The notes under the pieces were generated by a model. That model saw only the letters and a list, made by a program, of their open reading frames with translations. It was not told the DNA's origin and searched no databases. Of a stretch of DNA of 48,426 bases, positions 22,296 through 32,218 are shown one piece after another (position 1 is the first letter of the stretch; every line of letters begins with the position of its first letter). The position numbers and the translations under genes were made by a program. The DNA is taken from NCBI GenBank assembly GCA_945915275.1, contig CAMEEZ010000004.1:1-48426 (forward strand), in the 5' to 3' direction. The DNA comes from an uncultured Mycoplasma sp. GTDB lineage: Bacteria; Bacillota_I; Bacilli_A; RF39; UBA660.

Positions 22296-23309
22296 ATGAA
22301 GAAAAAATTATTTTTATTAATTAGTGCTGGTTTATTATTAACTGGTTGTGGAGAAATCCCTAAAACAAAAGATGGAAAGGATGCTTTAATAACTTTTGAT
22401 GGTGAAAAAAAGATTAGTGTTGATGAAGTTTATGAAAAAATGAAAGATTCATATGCTTTACAAACTATTATTCCAATGATTGATAAATATGTTTTGGAAA
22501 GTGAATTCCCTAAAGAAATCGAAAGTGCAAAAGAAAAAGCAAGTTCTACAATCGAAGCTTATAAAAATCAATTTGGTGGTGAAAATGAACTTTTACAAAT
22601 GGTTCAACAATATGGATATCCTACAATTGAGGCTTTTGAAGAAACTGTTTATATTTCTAATTTAGAAAATTTGGCTGTTGAAGAATATGCAAAAACTTTA
22701 ATAAAAGATAAAGAAATCGAAAAATATTATAAAGATAATGTTTATGGAGATGTTAAGGTTAAACACATATTAATCACTCCAGAAGTTACTGATGAATTAA
22801 CTGATGAAGAGGTTACTAAAGCCGAAAACAAAGCAAAAAAGCAAATTGAAGATATTATTGCTGAGTTAAAAAAAGCTGATGATCCAGAAAAGAAATTTGA
22901 AGAATTAGCTAAAAAATATTCTCAAGATGATGATACAAAAAAAGATGGTGGAGACTTAGGCTATATTAATTATGGTACATTAAGTTCTGCATACGATGAG
23001 TTAGTAGATGCAGCTTTAAATCTTAAAAACGGCAAATTCTCAACAAAGATAATTACTACGGAATTAGGTTATCATGTAATATATCGCGTTAACCAAAAAG
23101 AAAAAGCCGAATTGAAAGATGTTAAAGATGACATAATCACGACTTTATCAAAAGAATTATTGAATGAAGATAGTACTATTTCTGGAAAAGCTTTACAATA
23201 TTATCGTAATAAATACGGACTAAAAATCACTGATGATGAAATCCAAAAGCAATACGCTAATTATGTACAAAATACTTTAACAGAAAAAACTGAAGAAGAA
23301 TCTAAATAA
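22296..23309 (+). CDS. prsA: Foldase PrsA (parvulin PPIase lipoprotein)
   Basis: Lipobox LLTGC; VKHILI, FEELAKKYSQD, GGDLG, GYHVI. Confidence 0.93.
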   Translation: MKKKLFLLISAGLLLTGCGEIPKTKDGKDALITFDGEKKISVDEVYEKMKDSYALQTIIPMIDKYVLESEFPKEIESAKEKASSTIEAYKNQFGGENELLQMVQQYGYPTIEAFEETVYISNLENLAVEEYAKTLIKDKEIEKYYKDNVYGDVKVKHILITPEVTDELTDEEVTKAENKAKKQIEDIIAELKKADDPEKKFEELAKKYSQDDDTKKDGGDLGYINYGTLSSAYDELVDAALNLKNGKFSTKIITTELGYHVIYRVNQKEKAELKDVKDDIITTLSKELLNEDSTISGKALQYYRNKYGLKITDDEIQKQYANYVQNTLTEKTEEESK

Positions 23310-23310
23310 C

Positions 23311-23345
23311 AAAAAAAGAAGTTAAATCTGAAACTTCTTTTTTTT
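23311..23345. terminator. Bidirectional terminator between prsA and recX
   Basis: AAAAAAAGAAGTT-loop-AACTTCTTTTTTT. Confidence 0.8.
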
Positions 23346-23349
23346 GTTT

Positions 23350-24114
23350 TTATATACGATGTATTAATTTATTTATTTTTTCTTTATCAAATCCCTTTTG
23401 ATAAAGTTTATTTGTCAATTGATATTTTAATTCTTCTTTGGAATACTTATCTTTATATTTTTTATAAATTTTATTAAACTCTTTTTCTAACAATAATGTA
23501 TCATCCTTAAATTTTATTGTAGAAATTTCTTTAGAAATCATATAAGATGGAAATCCTTTATTCATTAAATCATTAGTAATTTTTATAGCTAGATTTGCAT
23601 TACTTTTATTATGATTTGATTTGACTATCTTATCAATTAATTTTCTTAGTTTTAAAAGCCATATTTCTTCATCAACACTAGCAATTATTTCTTGAAATTC
23701 TTGTTCACTAAAGCCTAAACTACTTAAGTCTTTTTTTATTTTATTTGGTCCAACTATTTTTAAATTGATTTGATCATTAACATAAGCTTGAATAAATGTT
23801 TTATTATTTAAATAACCTTCTTTTTTTAAACGATTAATAGCATAATCTAACGCCTCTTTGGAATAATCCTTGAATTTAGTTCTGATTTCTTTTTCAGACC
23901 TCATTTTAGTATTTAAATATTTAATAGATTTAATATATACTTCATATTTTTCATTCAAAGAAATTATTTTATTTAACTCTTCTATTGTTATATCTTTTTT
24001 CCTTAAAATCTCAGCATCTAAAATAGCATCTTCATATAAAAGAACTTTTTCTTTATTTTCAAAATATACTTCATATTGTCCATTTTTTAATTTTTTGTAA
24101 CTTTGTACTTTCAT
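23350..24114 (-). CDS. recX: Regulatory protein RecX
   Basis: YLNTKMRSEKEIR, L...GYLNN..F, GPNKIKKDL..LG, LMNKGF and LYQKGF repeats. Confidence 0.88.
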   Translation of the reverse strand: MKVQSYKKLKNGQYEVYFENKEKVLLYEDAILDAEILRKKDITIEELNKIISLNEKYEVYIKSIKYLNTKMRSEKEIRTKFKDYSKEALDYAINRLKKEGYLNNKTFIQAYVNDQINLKIVGPNKIKKDLSSLGFSEQEFQEIIASVDEEIWLLKLRKLIDKIVKSNHNKSNANLAIKITNDLMNKGFPSYMISKEISTIKFKDDTLLLEKEFNKIYKKYKDKYSKEELKYQLTNKLYQKGFDKEKINKLIHRI

Positions 24115-24131
24115 AATAATCTCCTGATAAG

Positions 24132-24160
24132 ATTATAAAGCAAAACATTCGTTCGGTCAA
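24132..24160 (-). promoter_or_regulatory. recX SigA promoter with an embedded LexA (Cheo) box
   Basis: TTGACC-17 bp-TATAAT; CGAACGAATGTTTT (24155-24142) versus consensus CGAACRNRYGTTYG. Confidence 0.75.
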
Positions 24161-24161
24161 C

Positions 24162-24187
24162 AAAAAAAGATTACACAAGTAATCTTT
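24162..24187 (-). terminator. Terminator of the 976-aa gene
   Basis: AAAGATTAC-loop-GTAATCTTTTTTT. Confidence 0.75.
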
Positions 24188-27116
24188 ACACTTTTAAAGA
24201 GCCGGAATCAGATAGTTCATCAACTTCCTCAAAAATCTTAGGTTCTCGTTGATTAGTTTCTGTTCTCTTAGCTGCTTCAATTAATTGTTCACATGTAAAA
24301 TCACAATTTAATTTATTAGCAGGTACGTAAAATTCACCTTTTTCATTCTTTGGTAACATAATTCCTTCAATGGATTTTAAATTTCTTAAGCTTAAGCTTC
24401 CTTCAATACATCTAGGTAATATTAATCCTTCTGCTTTGTTTAAACCGCTTAATACTAAACTTCCTTCTATATATTCCGGAAGTATTAAACCATGAGCATC
24501 TATTAAGTTGGCTAAATAAACGCTACCCACAACTTTTTTAGGCAAAAATAAATTTTTTGCACTCGTAAAATCACTTAAGTCCAGAGCCCCATAATGAATA
24601 TTTATATTTCCTTTTAACGCTTCTTCTTCCGTTACCGATATTTCATTTTTTTCAACGCCAAATATTTTAGACAAATCATTTTTTACAAATTGTTCTATTA
24701 ACATCTCTATATTTAGTTGAGATTTATCATAATCTTTTTCTACTATTGTTGATGTTATGCTATATAGATATTCTAATTCACGTTTTGTTAATGCCTCTCC
24801 AAGTTTATATTTTTTAAATATTTTAATTAGTTCTTTCATATTGGTTATTTTTTTACTATATTCTTCTCTAGTTAAAAAAGCATTTTCTATTTTATTTTCA
24901 AGACTATATTTTTCTACAATTTTTTTAATTTCTACTACTTCACCATCTTTTATTCTTATTAGTAATAGTGGTTTTGTATATTCTTCATTTCCATCTTTAC
25001 AATAATATATATACAAATCTTCATCTTTTAAATATGACTTTAAATTATTAGCTAAGTTTGAATCTATACTTTTACCATGCAAATCATTAAATAAATCCTC
25101 TGGATTACTTTCCTCTGAATATTTTTTCCATATCCCATCGTTATTACCTTTTGTAATTTTTGTTACTTCTTCATTATTTTCAAAAAGCTTAGTACCTAGT
25201 TGTTTAGCCTCTGCTTTTTTAGCAGCTTTAATTAATTGTTCTTTTGTAAATGGACAAATCAAATTATCACAAGGTACATAAAATTCACCATTTTCATTTT
25301 TAGGCAATTTTAGAGATTTAACATTTCTTAAATTATTTAAAACCAAACTGCCACTTATATGCTTTGGAAATACAAACCCTTCCGCACTTGTTAAACCATT
25401 TAGTATTAAACTACCATCAATCACTTTCGGTAAAACTAATCCTTTAGCACTTGCTAAATTATTAATTTCTATAGAATAATCTACTTTTGGAGGGAAAATC
25501 AGATTTTGAGCATTAACTAATTTATTCATCTCTAATCTGCTAAACAAATGATGAGGAAAAATTATATTTTTAGCAACAGTTAAATTATCCAAAAATATTT
25601 CGCCTTTCATTATATTAGGAAAAACTATATTTTGGGCTGCAGTTAAAGATTTTAAAAATATTGCGCCATTTACTTTTTTAGGAAAAATTAAACCTTTCGC
25701 TTTTGGTAATTTTTCTAAGTGTATAGATCCATTTACTGCTTTAGGAAACACCATACCATCGACATTGATAAAGTGGAACAAATTTAACATACCATCTACA
25801 TTTTCTGGTAATATCACGCCTTTACCATCCTGCAAATCCGATAATGTTAAATCACCATAATGTAATTTTATATTCCCTTTCAATGCTTCTTCGCTATCAA
25901 AAGATATATCTTTTATTTCTATGTTATATAACTCAGCTATTTTCTGCACCAATTCTACATATTCTATTATTTCTTCAATTCTTGGATCTTTATCATAACC
26001 AAAACCTATTATTTCAGAATCTTCTTCATATAAAAAGCGTTTTTCTTCTTCTGATATTAACTCTTTATTTTTCATTTTTTTATATAATTTAGTAAGTTCT
26101 TTCATATCACTTACTTTTTTTAAATATTCATTTTTGTCAGGAAACTCTTTTAATTTTTCCTCCACTACAATTTCCATTTCACTTTCTAAGTTTTGATTCT
26201 CAGCTATACCACGAATTTCTGCAATATTATTATATTCCATTCTTATTGCTATTCGGGGATTTGTATACTCTCCGTTTTCACCTTTAGTATAATAAACATG
26301 AAAATCTCCACCTTCTAAATGTGCAGTTGCTGTTTCTAAGCCTCCTGCTGTACACCACCCTGTTCCCATACCATGGATATCGTTAAATAGTATTTCGGGG
26401 TTACTTCCTTGTTCATATTTCTTCCAAATTCCTTCATTATCTATAATATTTATCTTTTTTTCTTCGTCTAGTTTTTTTGTTATATACGAATATATCTTAT
26501 TAAAACTTCCATTTTTTATTAATTGTTCTAGTTGTTCATCTGTTATTTTTTGTTTATCTAAATGTTTACATAATTCATCATATAACATTGCTATAGCTTC
26601 CCTATTTATTTCAATAAAAGGCTTCGTAGTTTCTTGCGTTCTTTTTGTAAATTGATTTTTTGACTTATCAAAGTAACCTATTTTCATTACATTTTGAAAC
26701 ACATAATATTTAAACCACATTGGATAACAATTTGTTTCTTCACTTATAAAATAATTTAACCATCTATCTAAGGAACCTTTTTGTTCTGAAATTATTGAAT
26801 TAATTTCTTGATTTTTTGTATATTCATCATAATCAATATGCCCATATCCTCGTTCTAAAGCTATTTTTTTTAGCATTTCAAAATGACTTTCTGGAACATC
26901 ATATTCTTTAATTATATACCTGTCATAATAAAATTTTTTTAATAAATCTAATTTATTTTTTGCCTTCGCAACTTCAGTTATTCTTTCTATCCTATTTAAA
27001 TATATTGCTAAATCTTCATTCTTATTAGCGCCTTTAGCTGTATGCTTTACTTCATCACTATGCACTAAGTCCTTATATAATTTGTTTAAAAACTCCTCAC
27101 CAGCATATTTTTTCAT
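24186..27116 (-). CDS. Large hypothetical protein: GTGWCTAG domain plus ~22-aa LRR-like repeats, module duplicated
   Basis: 976 aa; two modules each starting GIWKKY...NPE.LFND.HG and ending LPKNE.GEFYVP...L.C.FT.EQLI.AAK; repeats (L/F)P..I.G.L.L..L.SA.GL. Confidence 0.85.
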   Translation of the reverse strand: MKKYAGEEFLNKLYKDLVHSDEVKHTAKGANKNEDLAIYLNRIERITEVAKAKNKLDLLKKFYYDRYIIKEYDVPESHFEMLKKIALERGYGHIDYDEYTKNQEINSIISEQKGSLDRWLNYFISEETNCYPMWFKYYVFQNVMKIGYFDKSKNQFTKRTQETTKPFIEINREAIAMLYDELCKHLDKQKITDEQLEQLIKNGSFNKIYSYITKKLDEEKKINIIDNEGIWKKYEQGSNPEILFNDIHGMGTGWCTAGGLETATAHLEGGDFHVYYTKGENGEYTNPRIAIRMEYNNIAEIRGIAENQNLESEMEIVVEEKLKEFPDKNEYLKKVSDMKELTKLYKKMKNKELISEEEKRFLYEEDSEIIGFGYDKDPRIEEIIEYVELVQKIAELYNIEIKDISFDSEEALKGNIKLHYGDLTLSDLQDGKGVILPENVDGMLNLFHFINVDGMVFPKAVNGSIHLEKLPKAKGLIFPKKVNGAIFLKSLTAAQNIVFPNIMKGEIFLDNLTVAKNIIFPHHLFSRLEMNKLVNAQNLIFPPKVDYSIEINNLASAKGLVLPKVIDGSLILNGLTSAEGFVFPKHISGSLVLNNLRNVKSLKLPKNENGEFYVPCDNLICPFTKEQLIKAAKKAEAKQLGTKLFENNEEVTKITKGNNDGIWKKYSEESNPEDLFNDLHGKSIDSNLANNLKSYLKDEDLYIYYCKDGNEEYTKPLLLIRIKDGEVVEIKKIVEKYSLENKIENAFLTREEYSKKITNMKELIKIFKKYKLGEALTKRELEYLYSITSTIVEKDYDKSQLNIEMLIEQFVKNDLSKIFGVEKNEISVTEEEALKGNINIHYGALDLSDFTSAKNLFLPKKVVGSVYLANLIDAHGLILPEYIEGSLVLSGLNKAEGLILPRCIEGSLSLRNLKSIEGIMLPKNEKGEFYVPANKLNCDFTCEQLIEAAKRTETNQREPKIFEEVDELSDSGSLKV

Positions 27117-27203
27117 ATAACCACCTATTCTTTATCTATATTATCTTATAATTTTTTTCCTATTTCAACCTTTTAAACAAATATTTATACAAAAAAGAAC
27201 AAC

Positions 27204-28946
27204 TTACATTGCTCTTTTAAACATTTTTTCTAATTCATAGATTGTAAATTTTATAATCGTAGGCCTACCATGGGGACAATTATATGGATTATCACATAAT
27301 ACTAATTCTTTTAATAATTCTTCCATAGCTTCGATACTAATATGCATATTAGCTTTAATACTCATTTTACAAGCCAATGTAATTGCTAAATGCTCATTAA
27401 ATTTAACTCTATCAAAATTTGTACCCTTTTCAATTATTAAATCAAATATTTTTCTAATACTTTCTTCTTCGTACCCTTCTCTCAACCATGAAGGGTGTTC
27501 TTTGACTAAAAATGTATTATATCCAAATTCTTCGATTACAAAACCTAAAGAAGTTAAAAAATCTTTATTTTCTTTAATTTTTAAAAACTCACTTGAAGAA
27601 AATTCTAATTTAATCGGAAATAACATACTAGTAGTGCTAACTTCTTTTCTTTGTAAAGCTCGAAGGTATTTTTCATAATTTATTCTTTCTTGTGCGGCAT
27701 GTTGATCTATTAAAAATAATCCTTCTTCATTTTCAGCAATTATGTATGTTCCATGAGCTAAACCTATAGGATATAAAACTAACTTTTTCATTTCTTCATT
27801 TAAAATAATTTCTTTTTTGTCTGGCTCAACATCAGTATTCTGGTAACTAAAATCTAAAGAGGTTTGATATGTATCTTCAGGTTCTTCTAATTTATTTAAA
27901 TTACCTATTATCCCGTCTTTAATATTATCATATTCTTTTTTTATAATTGCATCAGGTATTAATAGTGTTTGATACAGGGATTTTTTGATTGTTTCTGTAA
28001 TTAAATCTTCTAATACATTTAATTTACTCATTTTTATATCTTGTTTAGTAGGATGAATATTCACATCTACTAAAGTAGGATCTGTACTAATATTTAAGAT
28101 AACTATTGGATATTTAGTATCGGGTTTATATGTATAATATGCATCATTAATTGCCCTGTTAATATCTACATTTCGAACAACTCTATCATTTACAATTGTA
28201 ATCATATGATTACGATTGGATTTTAAAATCTCTGGCTTACAAATATAACCATAAATATCAAAATCATCGTTACTATTTCTAATTTCAATCATCTTACTTG
28301 AAACATTTAATCCATATAATTCGTGAATTGTTTTAAGCAAATTTCCTGATCCAGATGTTTTGATAATTTCTGTGTCATTATTTGTTAAAATAAAACTGAT
28401 TTTAGGATGTGATAAAGCTAATCGTTCAATCAATGAAGTGCAATTATTTAACTCAGTGTTTTCTGATTTTAAATACTTTAATCTTGCTGGAGTGTTATAA
28501 AATAAGTTGGTAATTGTAATGCTTGTTCCAATTCGAGCTTCGCTTTTAGATACTTCTTTTAATTCCCCACCTTTAATATGAATATATGTTCCGATATCAT
28601 TCTTACAAGTTTTCATTTTAACTTCGGAAACAGAAGCTATTGATGGAAGTGCCTCACCTCTAAATCCCAAAGTGTTAATAAAAAACAAATCATCATCCTT
28701 ATATAATTTGCTAGTTGCATGTCGTTGGAAAGCTAATTTGGCATCTTCTTCATCCATTCCTATTCCATTATCTGTCACAGTTATTTCTTTTATTCCACCA
28801 TCAAGAAGGTAAACTTTTATTATAGAAGCATTCGCATCAATACTATTTTCCGTTAATTCTTTGACAATAGAAGAGCATTTTTCTACCACTTCTCCAGCTG
28901 CAATTTTATTTGCAAGATTTTCACTCATCACTTTTATAATACTCAT
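27204..28946 (-). CDS. mutL: DNA mismatch repair endonuclease MutL
   Basis: IAAGEVVE, ENSIDA, HATSK, GFRGEAL, DVNIHPTK, DQHAAQERINYE, CPHGRP. Confidence 0.97.
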   Translation of the reverse strand: MSIIKVMSENLANKIAAGEVVEKCSSIVKELTENSIDANASIIKVYLLDGGIKEITVTDNGIGMDEEDAKLAFQRHATSKLYKDDDLFFINTLGFRGEALPSIASVSEVKMKTCKNDIGTYIHIKGGELKEVSKSEARIGTSITITNLFYNTPARLKYLKSENTELNNCTSLIERLALSHPKISFILTNNDTEIIKTSGSGNLLKTIHELYGLNVSSKMIEIRNSNDDFDIYGYICKPEILKSNRNHMITIVNDRVVRNVDINRAINDAYYTYKPDTKYPIVILNISTDPTLVDVNIHPTKQDIKMSKLNVLEDLITETIKKSLYQTLLIPDAIIKKEYDNIKDGIIGNLNKLEEPEDTYQTSLDFSYQNTDVEPDKKEIILNEEMKKLVLYPIGLAHGTYIIAENEEGLFLIDQHAAQERINYEKYLRALQRKEVSTTSMLFPIKLEFSSSEFLKIKENKDFLTSLGFVIEEFGYNTFLVKEHPSWLREGYEEESIRKIFDLIIEKGTNFDRVKFNEHLAITLACKMSIKANMHISIEAMEELLKELVLCDNPYNCPHGRPTIIKFTIYELEKMFKRAM

Positions 28947-28954
28947 ATATTCTC

Positions 28955-29917
28955 CTATTTAAATATTGAATTTCTTTTTTCTAAATAATTTTTAGGAATA
29001 TTTAATTCTAAAGTAGCTTCATTTTTAAAATTTATAAATCCTATTCCTTTAATTATTAAATCTGTATCACTTTTGATATTAATGATTTCATTATATTCAA
29101 TTTCTTTATTATATATTTTTTTTATTTTAAATGTATTATTAATATAAAATATAATATTATTTTTTTTATCTATATTGATAAACCATTTATCATCAATAGA
29201 TATTGTATCACCAGGTTTAATTTGCAAAACTACAGGCTTAATTTCTTTTTTTCCATTAGCTTTTTTTACTATTTCAATGTCTTTATTCCAAAGACTATTT
29301 TTATAAATAAAACCCGGAGTATCATAAAAATAAGAATCATTAAAATTTACTTTCATAAATTCCATTGTTGTATTAGGCATAATACTAGTAGTTATTTTTG
29401 ATTTATTATTAGTATATTTATTTATTAAAGCTTTGATTAGACTACTTTTTCCAGTATTAGTATACCCTGTTATATATACATTTTTATTCTCTTCTAAAAT
29501 ATTCTTTATTTGTGAAAGATTCTTATTTTTTAAAGAGCTTATTATAATAATTTTATCTAAAATTGCATATTCATCTATAATGAAATCAATTATTTTTTCT
29601 TGTTTTATACTTTTTGGAATCACATCACATTTATTTACAATCAAAATCTTCTTTGTTTTTATCTTTTTAAATGTATCAATTATTTCTGTATTTAAAGAAA
29701 TAAAATCTACTAAAAAAAGAGTTAAAGAAGAATTTTTATTTATCTTATTAAGTAAATCGTCATTAGTGTAATCTAATTCTTGATTTCTAATTTCACTATA
29801 ATGAATATTTTTAAAACATCTTATACAATAATCATGATTAGAATCTTTGACATAACCAGCTTTTAACTCATCTTTATTTTGTAATTCTATTCCACATCCA
29901 ATGCAATATTTACTCAT
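28955..29917 (-). CDS. yqeH: Ribosome biogenesis GTPase YqeH
   Basis: CIGC...CIRC zinc ribbon; circularly permuted NKCD / GYTNTGKS / DTPG. Confidence 0.88.
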   Translation of the reverse strand: MSKYCIGCGIELQNKDELKAGYVKDSNHDYCIRCFKNIHYSEIRNQELDYTNDDLLNKINKNSSLTLFLVDFISLNTEIIDTFKKIKTKKILIVNKCDVIPKSIKQEKIIDFIIDEYAILDKIIIISSLKNKNLSQIKNILEENKNVYITGYTNTGKSSLIKALINKYTNNKSKITTSIMPNTTMEFMKVNFNDSYFYDTPGFIYKNSLWNKDIEIVKKANGKKEIKPVVLQIKPGDTISIDDKWFINIDKKNNIIFYINNTFKIKKIYNKEIEYNEIINIKSDTDLIIKGIGFINFKNEATLELNIPKNYLEKRNSIFK

Positions 29918-30428
29918 AATATTTTCCTTTTTCTAATAAACCTTTTTTTAAAATTATTTTATATATTTGTCTTTCTATCATTCGATTAAATTTTGTTGTA
30001 ATTGGTTCTGTTTCTCCGATTGGATTTACTAAAATAGAGGTTATGTTGTTACGATTAGCGCCAAAAATATCTGTAACTAATTGATCGCCAATAGCAGCAA
30101 TTTCTGTATCTTTAAAATTGTATAATTTCATTATTTTTTTATATTTTTTCTTTAATGGCTTACATGAAGAAAATGCTACATCAACATTTAATTGTTCTTT
30201 AAAAGGAGTTAGTCTGGTCTTACCACTATTAGACATAATAATAACCTTGAAATTTTCTTCAAGTTTTAAGAATAAATCTTTTACTTCTTTTGTAGGCATA
30301 TCCATTGTATATGGAATTAATGTATTATCTAAATCAAACAAAAGACACTTAATTCCCCTTTTTTTTAATTTTTTATAAGGTATTGTATAAATACTTTTTT
30401 GATACATATCTGGTATAAATAAATCCAT
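29910..30428 (-). CDS. yqeG: YqeG family HAD IIIA phosphatase
   Basis: FDLDNTL, MSN, KP, IGDQLVTDIFGANR; start MDLF at 30428. Confidence 0.92.
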   Translation of the reverse strand: MDLFIPDMYQKSIYTIPYKKLKKRGIKCLLFDLDNTLIPYTMDMPTKEVKDLFLKLEENFKVIIMSNSGKTRLTPFKEQLNVDVAFSSCKPLKKKYKKIMKLYNFKDTEIAAIGDQLVTDIFGANRNNITSILVNPIGETEPITTKFNRMIERQIYKIILKKGLLEKGKYYE

Positions 30429-30488
30429 TCCAATCACCTTTATAATTATAACATAAATTTTTAAAAAAATATTCTATGAAAGAATATT

Positions 30489-31016
30489 TTAATTGTTTCT
30501 CTTAAATTTTTCTAATAATATTTTATATATTTCAGTATCTCCTATTTTGTCTTTAGCAACATTTAAAAACAACTCATATTTTTTTAATAAAATGTTCTTT
30601 TTAGACGAATCTTTAACAAACCGAACATAATCAATATTATCAACTAAATCAGAACATTTAACTAATAGAGCATCAGTTCCATTATATTGTAAACACTCAT
30701 CAAACATCATTTTAGCTTGTTCTAAATGATTTTCAATTTTAGGATCAAAACTAACACAATTAACTATATTTGCTATTTCTTCTCCAAATTCTTCTTTTAA
30801 ATCATCGTAATTAATAGCAGTATCTTCTATTAAATCATGTAAAGCAGCAGAAATTACTATTTCTTTTTTATAATCTAATTCATATAATCTATTCGCCACT
30901 TTAAAACTATGTAATAAAACCGGCTTAGGGTTTGTCCCCGTCTCTCTTAAAACTTTGGCAGCATAATGCAAAGCTTTATCTAATTCTTTTCCAATTTCCA
31001 TTTTTTGCAAATTCAC
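30489..31016 (-). CDS. RelA/SpoT-type HD domain protein (small alarmone hydrolase / Mesh1-like)
   Basis: P.LLH...VA, AALHDLIEDT, EEFGEEIANIV, VKCSDLVDN; GTG start with RBS AGAAGGG. Confidence 0.8.
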   Translation of the reverse strand: MNLQKMEIGKELDKALHYAAKVLRETGTNPKPVLLHSFKVANRLYELDYKKEIVISAALHDLIEDTAINYDDLKEEFGEEIANIVNCVSFDPKIENHLEQAKMMFDECLQYNGTDALLVKCSDLVDNIDYVRFVKDSSKKNILLKKYELFLNVAKDKIGDTEIYKILLEKFKRNN

Positions 31017-31054
31017 ACTAACCCTTCTTTCTTATTAATTTTTGTTGTTCTTTA

Positions 31055-31369
31055 TTAAGAGGTATCACAAACATCATGAATATTTCCACTCATATATTCA
31101 AAACTCATATTATTATACATTAATTTTGCAATTTCCTGTTTGAAGGCAATATATTTAACATCATCATAAGAAGGAAGATACCCAATCTCTGACATGTTTT
31201 TTGCCCGAATAATTGTCTCAGATCCTCGAATTACTTTATTAAGAATTTCCCAAATATATAATTTATTTACTGGAGTAACAATGTTACTTTTATATAATTC
31301 ATTTTGAGTCTCATCAATATGAAATAATACTATAATTTTTCTTTCAGTTTCCCTTTCATCTCTCCTCAT
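31055..31369 (-). CDS. Hypothetical protein, possibly a remnant
   Basis: 104-aa ORF in AT-rich DNA; no clear RBS or recognisable motif. Confidence 0.4.
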   Translation of the reverse strand: MRRDERETERKIIVLFHIDETQNELYKSNIVTPVNKLYIWEILNKVIRGSETIIRAKNMSEIGYLPSYDDVKYIAFKQEIAKLMYNNMSFEYMSGNIHDVCDTS

Positions 31370-31482
31370 AAAAACAACAAAAAAATTATATTATACCCAG
31401 ATTATTCCTTAAAACTATAATACTATAATTATTTAATAAATCAACAATAAAATTACAATAAAAAAAATACTTAAAAAAGTAT

Positions 31483-32202
31483 TTATTTTATAATAGCCTC
31501 TAAAGCAATAGTTATCATATCATTTAAAGATTTTTCTCTATCTTCCGGAGTAATAACAGTGTCTTTAAATGGACTATCTACAACTGTAGCAATACATGTT
31601 GCTTGTTTATTTAATTTATTAGCTATATACACAAGTCCAAACGCTTCCATTTCTTCTGCAACAAGATTATCAGCTTTAGGTTTATTCTTTTCTTGAGCTT
31701 CTTTAGAAGCATATGGTCCAAAAACATCCATTGTATTAATTAATCCAGAGATTATTTTCTTGTTTAATTTATTTGATACTTCAATTACTTTTTGGTTTAA
31801 TTCTTCACATGGATATATCATATGAATATCCTCATTATATAGAGAATCTGCAAAATTAGAATTTGTGTAATAAGAATCCCCAATAACTATATCTAATAAT
31901 TCCTGATCTTCTCTTAAGGCCCCACAAGTACCTATTCTTATAATTTTTTCAACACCATAATATTCAAATAATTCTAATGCATAAATACTCATCGAAGGCA
32001 TTCCCATACCAGAAGACATCACAGTTATTCTTACACCTTTATAATATCCAGTATATCCAAACATATTTCTAATTTTATTTATTAGAACCGGATTTTCCAA
32101 AAAGTTTTTAGCAATATATTTTGCTCTTAAAGGATCACCTGGCATTAAAACTATTGGTGCTATATCTTCTTTTTTAGCTTCTATATGTAAAGCTTTTTCC
32201 AT
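31483..32202 (-). CDS. deoD: Purine nucleoside phosphorylase DeoD-type
   Basis: VLMPGDPLRAKYIA, GMGMPS, IIRIGTCG, EEMEA; start MEKAL at 32202. Confidence 0.94.
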   Translation of the reverse strand: MEKALHIEAKKEDIAPIVLMPGDPLRAKYIAKNFLENPVLINKIRNMFGYTGYYKGVRITVMSSGMGMPSMSIYALELFEYYGVEKIIRIGTCGALREDQELLDIVIGDSYYTNSNFADSLYNEDIHMIYPCEELNQKVIEVSNKLNKKIISGLINTMDVFGPYASKEAQEKNKPKADNLVAEEMEAFGLVYIANKLNKQATCIATVVDSPFKDTVITPEDREKSLNDMITIALEAIIK

Positions 32203-32218
32203 AACAATCACCCTTTTA

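Noticed and set aside
24330-25870. Repeats in the 976-aa gene as a CRISPR array, DGR or VNTR
   Set aside because: The repeats are degenerate, in-frame protein-level 22-aa units; there is no repeat-spacer structure or reverse transcriptase
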